DNA of 63,103 nt, counting the filler, from Octopus bimaculoides (Eukaryota): the NCBI RefSeq assembly GCF_001194135.2. It is 9 parts of 9 records of this genome, joined end to end, with 100 filler letters (N's around TTAATTAATTAA, not from the genome) between each part and the next. Parts side by side here need not be neighbours in the genome. Positions count along the whole stretch, not along the records: positions 42,372 to 60,355 come from NC_069007.1; positions 60,456 to 61,772 come from NC_068991.1; positions 61,873 to 63,103 come from NW_026410476.1; 6 more parts are not named here. One strand, 5' to 3'. Within the stretch, counting starts at the first letter, position 1, and every line of letters starts with the position of its first letter. Below, piece after piece: positions 52,916 to 63,103 of the stretch. Made by a program: the position numbers and the translations under genes. The notes below the pieces were generated by a model. The model was not told the origin of the DNA. It saw only the letters and a list, made by a program, of their open reading frames with translations, and did no database searches.

Positions 52916-53726
52916 GCCTATATATATATATTTATCTGAAATGTTGCAATGGCAAAAACCACAATATCATTTAGTAGTTAGCTACATGCAAGAATAGCTT
53001 TCATATGATGCCAAGTGTTGCAGACAATGTGGCGGTGGTGATGAGGTGGTCACTGGCAGTGTGTGTAGGTGAAAGAGAGAAGGAGATAGGAATCAAGAGA
53101 TAGAGGAAGAGAGAGGGAGAGATGAAGGGAGATAGAGAGAGAACGAGAGAGAGAGAGAGAGAGAGGTAAGTGAAGGATGAGAGAGATAGAAAGAAAGGAA
53201 AAAGGAAATTAAGCTAAGACAGTGTGATGGTGATGTGGGGGGGAGGGGGATGGTGTGGTGATTGAAAGAATCTGGACAGAATGACCTTGAATACACAGAC
53301 AGACACATACAGACGAACACAGGCGCAAACACACATACACAGGGATGCACACACACATACACATTTATATACACAGTAGTAATAGCAGTAAAACCAAAAA
53401 CGATATTTTTCAGCAAACCTGATTTATGTATATGAATGACCATACACACCTACACACATGCATAGACACACACACACACACACACATCATTATCTCATAG
53501 CTATTACACAGAAACACACATATCACATATATATTAAACACAAACACACATCATACACAATGATGCTCAAGTACAGTATAAAACAAAAGACAGAAGGCGT
53601 GAGATTTTAAGGGAGATTTGGCTGCTATTTCTAACATGTCTGGTTACCAACATGTAACATAACATGTATAACAAGTGACACTCACTCACAACCATCACAT
53701 GATGTCAAGACATGGGTGCACCCACC

Positions 53727-53835
<109 letters not shown>

Positions 53836-54082
53836 GCTTATCTATGTTTCCATCTACCAAATTACCACAAAGGTTTCAGTCAGCCGAGAATTATTGTAAA
53901 AGACACTTGCCAGAGGTGCTATGACATGGCACTGAACCTGAAACCATTTGATTACAAAGCAAGCTTCTTAACCATGTAGCCACACCTATTCCTGAAAAAA
54001 AATCCCGAGGAAGGACGAGACAGCCCCCAAAATGTTAGGTTCTTTTACACCACCACCCCCCACGTTACATAATCTTGTCCAT

Positions 54083-54465
54083 AAGTGCAGGTATGACTGT
54101 GTGGTAAGAAGTTTGCTTCTCAACCACATGGTTCCAGGTTCAGTCCCACCTTGGGAAAGTCTCTTCTCCTATAGCCTTGGGCTGAGCAAAGCCTTGTCAG
54201 TGGACTTGGTAGACAGAAACTGAAAGAAGCCCATCATGCGTGTGTGTGTGTGTGTGTGTGTGTGTCTGTGTTTGTCCCCTACCACCACTTGACAATTGAT
54301 ATTGGTGTGTTTATGTTCCTGTAACTTAGCAATTCAGCAAAAGTGACTGATAGAATAACAGGCAAAAACAAAAAGAAGTACTGGGGTCAATTTGTTCAAC
54401 AAAAAACTCTTCAAGGCAATGTCCCAACATGGCCACAGTCTAATGAACGTAACAAGTAAAAGGTG
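54083..54465 (+). mobile_element. SINE family B full-length (also 54820-55135 +, 59746-60170 +, 50130-50440 -, 55880-56475 -)
   Basis: tRNA-like head gtgtggtaagaagtttgcttctcaaccacatggttccaggttcagtccca, internal (GT)n, tail ..aacaagtaaaag. Confidence 0.9.
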
Positions 54466-54887
54466 AAGGAAAAAACCTCAAGAATTTCACTGCATAATTT
54501 TCAGCCCCAACACTACTAGTTTCCTTAAAACCCTTGCAACAAGCTACAGGTACAATATGGACCTTCCAGATACTGATGGTCTGGAATTTCAGATTCCTGT
54601 GGCTCCCAGATTAGTTTACCTTGCAGAGACTGGTACCTTGAACTGTACAATATGGGTGATTTTCCATTTTTGCCAGGGTCAATTTGACCTCTAATATCTC
54701 TGCACCACCCCCCACCCCCGCCAGACACACACATTTGTGGTTGATAAAATAAGTATAAAAGGTTGTTTGAGGACCAGTGCTATGAAGTATTTCCTCTTTT
54801 TGTTACCTGCAAGTGTCTTTTGCTATAACCTCAGGCCAACCAAAACTCTGTGAGTGGATCTGGTAGACAGAGACTGAACGAAGCTTG

Positions 54888-54934
<47 letters not shown>

Positions 54935-55577
54935 TACCCCGCACCACTTGACAACTAGTATTGGTGTGTTTGTAGCCCCACAACCCAGCAGTTAAGCAAA
55001 AGGGACCAATAGAACAAGTACCAGACTTGGAAAAAAAGAAGAAAAAAATGGAATCACTTCATTCAACTAAAAACTCAAGGTGATGCCCCAGCATGGTCAC
55101 ACTCTAATGAATGAAATGAGTAAAAGATAAAAGATATTAAGCTGGTGTTTAGAGTATAAATTAATACAAAATATTGACGGAAGATTTAATTTAGATCCTT
55201 TTAAAACAGGAAGAGTGTATCACAGAACCAAGGACAGTTGTAGCAGATTGGGATCAAAAGGGCTGAATGCCATTAATCTTCCACTTAATCCAAACCTATT
55301 GTAGTCTAAATGGTCTATGTTCTAGGAAGGATTTGGAATAGGGGTTAGTAAGAGACCATGAAGAAAAGAATGAGGAGTCAAGAATAACTGAGTAGAGGTG
55401 GTACAAAACCAAAACCATTCTGAAAAACAAGAGGTCATTGGAATAGTAATAAAAAAAAAAAACAAAAGAGAAAGCAGAGACAGCGTGTCTGTGGGAACCG
55501 GAGATTCATGTGTTTTTGGGAGTGGATTTGTACCTATTGTCTTTCATCTTTTATTTTATTTGTATCTATTGTCTTAT

Positions 55578-55863
55578 GTGGAGGCACAATGGCCCAGTGG
55601 TTAGGGCAGCGGACTCGCGGTCATAGGATTGCGGTTTCGATTCCCAGACCGGGCGTTGTGAGTGTTTATTGAGTGAAAACACCTAAAAGCTCCACAAGGC
55701 TCCAGCAGGGGATTGTGGCGAACCCTGCTGTACTCTTTCACCACAACTTTCTCTCACTCTTACTTCCTGTTTCTGTTGTACCTGTAATTCAAAGGGTCAG
55801 GCTGTTCCGTTGATCGGATCAACTGGAACCCTTGACGTCGTAAGCGACGGAGTGCCAACAACA
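55578..55863 (+). mobile_element. SINE family D with an internal deletion of about 100 nt
   Basis: A box tggcccagtgg, B box ggtttcgattccc; aagggtcag|gctgttcc lacks the segment present in 17766-18150. Confidence 0.92.
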
Positions 55864-56277
55864 TCTATTGCCTTTTATCTTTGCTGGGGCACTGCCTTGA
55901 AGGGGTTTAGTTAAACAAATCAAGCTCTGGATTTATATTTTTTTTAAAGCCTGGTACTTATTCTATTGAGCTCTTTTTGCTAAACCGCTAGGTTACAGGG
56001 ATGTAAACAAACCAACATCAGTTGTCAAGCAATGGTGGAGGACAAACACAGACATATATATATATATAATATAACAATAAAATCTATATAAGAATTTATC
56101 ATGTAGCCAGCACGAAAAAACCAGTTTAGGAAAAAATTAATACAAAGTATATAATTTATCTTTTAAATATAAATACATTAATTATATTAAGGGTTATTAC
56201 TATAAGTAAGACTTTGAAGTCCCATTACAGCATGAGGTATTTACTTATAGTAATAGCCCTTAATATAATTAATGGAA

Positions 56278-56319
<42 letters not shown>

Positions 56320-57206
56320 GACAGGCTTCTTTCAGCTTCCATCTACCAAATCCACCCACGAGGCTTTCGTCAGTCCGAGGCTATAGAAGACATTTGCCCA
56401 AGGTGCCATGCTGTGGGACTGAACTTGGAACCATGTGGTTGAGAAGCAAACTTCTTACCACACAGTCATGCCTGCATCAAGCAACAGCCTTCACTTGCAG
56501 TTAAGGAATCTTAGAAGAAAGGAAAAATGAATTGAGTCTATTTACAAGTGAACACAAGCAATAACGAAACCAAAGAATAGTCTTCAACAAGCAATGCAAC
56601 AGCACAAATAATAATGGTTTCAAATTTTGGCAATAAGGCCAGCATTTTAGGTGGTGGGGGGTGTAAATTGATTGCATCAACCCCAGCGTTCAACTGGTAC
56701 AGGTCGTTTTTGACTTACAACAACAATTGGTTCCAACTGGTCCTAAGTCGGCCTACAGGCCTGCATCATCATCATCGTTTAACATCTGCTTTCCATGCTG
56801 GCATGGGCTGGACAGTTTGAGTGGGGACTGGCAAGCCAGTAGGCTGCGCCAGACTCCAATCTGATCTGGCAAGGGTTTTACAGCTGGATGCCCTTCCTAA
56901 CGCCACCCAGTCTGAGAGTGTAGTGGGTGCTTTTTACGTGCCACCGGCACGAGGGCCAGTCAAGCACTACTGGCATCAACCATGTTCGAATGGTGCTTTT
57001 TACATGCCACTGGCATGGGAGCCAGTCAGGCTTTGTTTTATTATTTTTACATTCTTAAAATACATTCTCAGGTAAAAGTCACACACAGTATTCAGTATTA
57101 TACTATTATACTGGTGTTAGTCAAAAATTTCAGAGTCTCAAGCAGTCGTCTTATAAACAAATACGAGGTTGCTTCGAAGTCTCCACGACAGGATAGTCAT
57201 CCAACA

Positions 57207-57485
57207 CAGGGGTTTTCAAACTGTGGTCCGCAAGGACAAGACAGGGGGTCTGTGGACAGCAAATACTTTTTATGGGCAATTTGATTTTATATATGGTTTT
57301 TAATCGAAATCTTTTAGTTGACAATAAACCTATTTATTAAATACTGTTAAATAAATAAATGTAAAAATATATGTTATTTTAAGCAAATATTTATGTATAA
57401 ATTTCATAAGCGTTTATAAGGGGGTCCCTAAGGTAAAGCCTGAAATATAAAGGGGTCCGCAAGTCAAAAAGTTTGAACACCCCTG
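57207..57485. mobile_element. hAT-type MITE, independent insertion
   Basis: Terminal inverted repeats caggggttttcaaac / gtttgaacacccctg; TSD ATCCAACA on both sides. Confidence 0.93.
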
Positions 57486-58202
57486 ATCCAACACAGTGAC
57501 GATCAATAGCCAAACCTAAGGGAACCTGGGTTAATATCTAAGAAATTAAACCCATTAGATTTTAACTGGACTATCTATTATTGCTGCCAGGATCGTCATA
57601 AAGTCGATCGGTTAGAAGTGAGATGGGTCGTAAGTCAACTATGACCTGTATTTATTTTATCAGCTCTGAAAGGATGAAAGGCAAAGTCAACTTCGGCAGT
57701 ATTTGAACACAGAATGTAAAAAGCTGGTTATAGTTCTGTGACGTAAAAAGCAGAAAGATTTCGATTTCCTGTCGATGACGCAGATTTCGTTTCCTTTCTC
57801 GTCCCGCTTGTGTTGTCTCCATAACCTTTGGAGAGGCATAAACATCACATAATCCCCACTAAGCATTTTGCTAACGGTTCTACCAGGTTACTGCCTACTG
57901 ATAAGTAAGAGACCCACATTTAATGAACAACCTAATGATATTTAATTTTGTCTTGGGAGTCATAACGCCAATAAATACAACACGTGCACAGGTTCAATTC
58001 CACTTCTTTATTGCTAGTCATTTGCTTAAATACCTATCCAACTAATTGATCGTTTGTTCAATGTGTTAACTAAACAATCAATCGGTTGTTTGTTAGTCAA
58101 AGTTCTTTCTATTTTCCCCACTCAATATGTTTGAAAACGAATACCAGCTATGTGTTGAGACCCATCTAATTGCTCACAAAGTCAGTTAGGAGGTGGTGGT
58201 GA

Positions 58203-58276
<74 letters not shown>

Positions 58277-58807
58277 TATCCTCAGACTGAACTGATCAAT
58301 AGACCAAAAGTATTCCAACAATGACNNNNNNNNNNNNNNNNNNNNNNNNNNNNNNNNNNNNNNNNNNNNNNNNNNNNNNNNNNNNNNNNNNNNNNNNNNN
58401 NNNNNNNNNNNNNNNNNNNNNNNNNNNNNNNNNNNNNNNNNNNNNNNNNNNNNNNNNNNNNNNNNNNNNNNNNNNNNNNNNNNNNNNNNNNNNNNNNNNN
58501 NNNNNNNNNNNNNNNNNNNNNNNNNNNNNNNNNNNNNNNNNNNNNNNNNNNNNNNNNNNNNNNNNNNNNNNNNNNNNNNNNNNNNNNNNNNNNNGTTATA
58601 GTTCTGTGACGTAAAAAGCAGAAAGATTTCGATTTCCTGTCGATGACGCAGATTTCGTTTCCTTTCTCGTCCCGCTTGTGTTGTCTCCATAACCTTTGGA
58701 GAGGCATAAACATCACATAATCTCCACTTTCTGCGAATAAATCGTTTAAAAGCCCACCCACCACCAATCAGTTGACAGATAAACAGATAGATAGATAGAT
58801 AGATAGA

Positions 58808-58867
<60 letters not shown>

Positions 58868-58905
58868 TAGACTGACAGATAGAGAGAGAGAGAGANNNNN
58901 NNNNN

Positions 58906-58936
<31 letters not shown>

Positions 58937-58937
58937 C

Positions 58938-59009
<72 letters not shown>

Positions 59010-59359
59010 GGGAAACCGCGCGCGCGTATATATGTGGTGGGGATGTATTAGCAATTAAATCATTTATATAGATTACGGTGGACCGTCAGAAGAAACGTTT
59101 GGCGGCATTTAGTCTTGTATAGTTTACATTCTTTTATTAAAATATAATTCGATACCTGCCGAGGTCGATCGACTTTGCCTGTTCGTCCTTTCGATGGGAG
59201 ATCGATAGAAAAAAAAATCGAGTATCAAAAATACCAATCAGGTAACTGGTATCGATATCATCGAATACTTCACTCGCAAAATCATTCCTGGCCTTGTACT
59301 TTTAACGTTTGAAATCTTCAAAAAATTCATCATCATTACAAATAATTATCGTCGACGTC

Positions 59360-59403
<44 letters not shown>

Positions 59404-59639
59404 GCGTTTTATTCCTACATAGCAGTGTACTAATCACTTTGCATTGTCATGTGACTCAGCTTCCCTTACAGATACTACTACTACTTCTACTACAGCTGCT
59501 ATTACTTGCTGCTACTCGCTCCAAGTCGACGTGGGAGCCTTTGCGTCGTCGATTAGAAAGAAACACGGTTTCTTTCTAATCGAAACAGCAGTTAAATCTC
59601 GCTCGAATCACATCACACCCAATCGTCTTGGCTAATCGA

Positions 59640-59735
59640 ATTCCTACACAAGCTTCTATAAAGACAAGAGAGGATGGTCACCTTTGGATGGATCATCAAT
59701 CGCAGGTCTGACCTGGGGTTGAACAACAACAATAA
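59640..59735 (+). mobile_element. Retroposon family F 3' end (also 58276-58325 -, 62791-62870 -, 49935-49990 +)
   Basis: Shared ggtc..gctggaatgcctttgatcataggtctg..ctgacctgggg-like segment, in three copies followed by a trinucleotide tail. Confidence 0.6.
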
Positions 59736-60455
59736 CACAGGCGCAGGTGTAGCTGTGTGGTGAGAGGCTTGCTTCTCAACCACATGGTTTCGAGTTCAGT
59801 CCCACTGCGCAGTGCTTTTCTACAATAAGACCCAAGCCGACCAAAACCTGGCGATTGAATTTAATAGACGGAAACTGAAAGAAGCCCGTCGTATGTGCCC
59901 TATCATGACGACAGTCTAACGACTAAGACATGTAAGAAAAATACGTGTGTGTATGTATGTGTGTGTTTGTGCCCCACTACTGCTTGACAACCGGTGTTGG
60001 TTTGTTTACGTCTCCGTAATTTAGCAGTTCGACAAAAAGAGATTGATGGAATAAGTATCGGGCTTAGAAGGGAAAAAAAACACTGGAGGCAATTTGTTCG
60101 ACTAAACCCTTCAAGGCGCTGCTCCAGCATGGCCGCAGTCAAATGACTGCAACAAGTAAAAAGATGAAACAGTAAGAACAACAACAAAATGTGTTGTTAT
60201 AAAGTACTCCAGTCAAATTCAGTCGGACATCCATCTATCATACGCTTCCCAGTTGTTAAAACAAAAACATTTCACTGTCTCTCCATTAATGTCACGAAAA
60301 TGTCCTTGAAGGTGTGTCTGAACGACCCCTTTTCTCATGTATGTATATATATATANNNNNNNNNNNNNNNNNNNNNNNNNNNNNNNNNNNNNNNNNNNNT
60401 TAATTAATTAANNNNNNNNNNNNNNNNNNNNNNNNNNNNNNNNNNNNNNNNNNNN

Positions 60456-60498
<43 letters not shown>

Positions 60499-60626
60499 CA
60501 CGTTCCCTCTAATGCACATACTCAGAGACAAAACAACAGCACAGAAACACGAAGTCACACATAGACAAACATACACACACGACTCACACGCGCATGAACA
60601 AAAAGACACACACAGGCAATCACATA

Positions 60627-60695
60627 CGCACACACGTCAAAACGCACACACGTCTAAACGCACACACGTCTAAACGCACACACGTCTAAACGCAC
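60627..60695. repeat. 16-bp minisatellite (acgcacacacgtctaa) x4
   Basis: Read directly. Confidence 0.9.
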
Positions 60696-61386
60696 TCTCA
60701 CGAGAATATACATACGAACGCACATTCTCTTACTCCCTCCCTCTTGTCATGTACATTCCCACACACATCCATACAACTACGTAAATATTGAAGCTGAGTC
60801 TAAAAGATAAAGAGACATGGAGCAGAGAGGGAACGTCATTGAATAGGTCACAACTGGTGATGAAAGGATTTTGATGAACGCAACTTATTGATTGATTAAC
60901 TGAATGATTAATCAAACATTCGATTAGTTAGATGGTTAAATAGCTGAGCAATTAAGGAATATTAAAGAAATCAAACCGAAACAGCGCGAACAAAATGGCT
61001 CTCCCGAGACGATATTTGTGTGTGTGTTTGTGTGTACGTAAGTGTGCTTGTGTATGCCTGCGTTTGTGTGAATGTGAGTATGTGTTTGTTGTTTGTGTTT
61101 TTGTATGTGTGTGTTTGTGTGTGTGTGTGTGTGTGTGTTTGTATGTGTGTGTTTGTGAGTGTGTGTGTGCGTGTGTGTGCGTATATGTGTGTGTGAATGT
61201 GTGCGTGTGAGTATGTATGAAGTGTTCCTATAAAATGGAACGACAGTATGAATAGCAGATTCAAAACAAATATTGGGGTCGAGTAAATCTTACGAGGTGA
61301 CGCTCCAGCATGGCCCTCGTTCAAGAACTGAAACAAGTAAAGGAATAGAAGATAATCAATGTGTGGGAATCATAGTTTTCCAACAG

Positions 61387-61406
61387 AGAATATTGCTTTG
61401 AAAAAG
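61387..61406 (+). CDS. Candidate 20-nt microexon, phase 1-0 (xNIALKK)
   Basis: gttttccaacag| ... aag|gtatta. Confidence 0.2.
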
Positions 61407-62978
61407 GTATTATTCTCTGGAGAAGAGTTTCGTACGAAACTTCACAGTTCATGTCTCTCGGAATACTAACTTATTGATGTCTGTGAAAAGAAGTAACATC
61501 GTTATATTAGTGTTCTTCGTTTTCTCAGCCTGGAAAGATGAAAGAATAAATATAATATCGGAGGATTGAATAACAAAGCAAAAACTGAGGTAAAAGTAAA
61601 ATGTTCTTAATAAGCATAAAGTCAGAAAATCAAATCTCATATATCTCCCCTCCGCAAAAGCTGAGCGCGTTTGACCACACTTGATAAGCTACACTTATGA
61701 TCAAGTGACTATATACCAAGGAGGTGTTAGTACATTACATTCTGAATAAATTGCTTTGCAAAACCCATCAATNNNNNNNNNNNNNNNNNNNNNNNNNNNN
61801 NNNNNNNNNNNNNNNNTTAATTAATTAANNNNNNNNNNNNNNNNNNNNNNNNNNNNNNNNNNNNNNNNNNNNTACGTCTATGAATTGGAAACAGTGCAAT
61901 TGTTGTAAACATTATCGACTACACACATTCAATGTATTTTTTTTTCTTTTTCGGAGGCGGTTCGGTGTGTTATAGTACCATAACCCCCCACCTCCACCCC
62001 CACCACTGAAAGTATGGGGTGTTAAAACAGCTGAAAGTCATTGACATGCGAGAGTGCTTTGGGGTGAGTTGCCTCCCTTTTATTCATGGTTTGAATTTGG
62101 TTAGCTTGTGCAGCTTTTCTTCATATCAGTAGACAGCCTTTACACTATTTGTATATAATTCAGGCCGGAGTTACAAATTCATTTCGAGGCTGGATGGAAT
62201 ATACAGCCCCGAGGGGCAGAAATAACTACAAAACATCATCTGTCGTTCTCTGCGGCAATTTCTTTCGCCTAGCTTTTGCATATGCTGTGTTTCCTTTTAA
62301 ACACTACATATATAAAGGGATCTTTCCTTGGACGAAATTCCCCTAAAAGGGTTTAACAACATACGTACATCATCAGGTATGGGACATTGATAAAGAATTG
62401 TATCTGTTCTTATTTCTTTATTGCCCACAAGGGGCTAAACATAGAGGGGACAAGCAAGGACAGACAAAGGGATCAAGTCGATTAGATCAAACCCAGTGCG
62501 TAACAGGTACTTAATTTATCGACCCTGAAAGGATGAAAGGCAAAGTCGACCTCGGCGTAATTTGAACTCAGAACGTAACGGCAGACGAAATACTTTTGAC
62601 TGGAGACGAAATGGATGGAATGCAGTGTGGGCTACTAACCCCAAGATTCAGAGTTCAATTCCTGGCAGTGTCTTGAATAAATATTATTAATAATGATATC
62701 AAAAAATACTAACACCGGTTGTCAAGCAGTTGACACAGGACAAACACAGACACGACGACGACGACGATGATGATGATGATGATGATGATGATTTATGGCC
62801 TCAGGTCAGCTCTCACCCAGCAGACCTATGATGAAAGGCATTCCAGCGAGGACCACCTCGCCTTTTTTGCAATCTCTCCAGTACTTCATTACTGCGTCCC
62901 ACAACATGAGGGCGAAGTGGTTCCTATTTCATGCAAGTTGAGGAGGACCCGTACAAAGTTAACTAATCTCTGCTGCTG

Positions 62979-63035
<57 letters not shown>

Positions 63036-63103
63036 TTGTTGCTGTTGCTTTTAGTGATGGGGTGGTGGTTTAGGTAGTAGTGGAGTGAAAGAGGTGGTGG
63101 TGG

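Noticed and set aside
55578-55655. tRNA genes (also 52320, 18080-18150, 46763-46810, 62615-62670)
   Set aside because: A/B boxes present but no closed cloverleaf or acceptor stem, and they run into SINE bodies.
60627-60695. CRISPR-like array (also 46938-46978, 2960-3010, 28654-28795)
   Set aside because: Head-to-tail tandem repeats with no unique spacers, eukaryotic context, no cas genes.

Overview
AT-rich animal nuclear DNA from a short-read draft assembly. It has many N gaps and eight 100-bp artificial spacers containing TTAATTAATTAA. Microsatellite density and the tRNA-headed SINE families are consistent with an octopus (coleoid cephalopod) genome; that assignment is from my recollection of these repeats, not a search. 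The window is mostly intron or intergenic sequence: simple repeats, at least five SINE-type families (nested, chimeric and modular copies), a hAT-type MITE with 8-bp target-site duplications (TSDs), and a cluster of decayed R4/Dong-clade non-LTR retrotransposon fragments in the first 5.4 kb. Those fragments are all on the minus strand and each abuts a trinucleotide repeat. I recognise no intact host gene, RNA gene or CRISPR array. The best host-gene signal is a run of four closely spaced minus-strand exon candidates at 14.7-15.6 kb; other exon candidates are isolated and low confidence. Nearly all ORFs in the supplied track are microsatellite, gap or SINE artefacts. I found no convincing novel biological system. 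The most interesting leads are microsatellite-targeted retroposons with different trinucleotide tails, the unrecognised spliced locus, and long fold-back structures.
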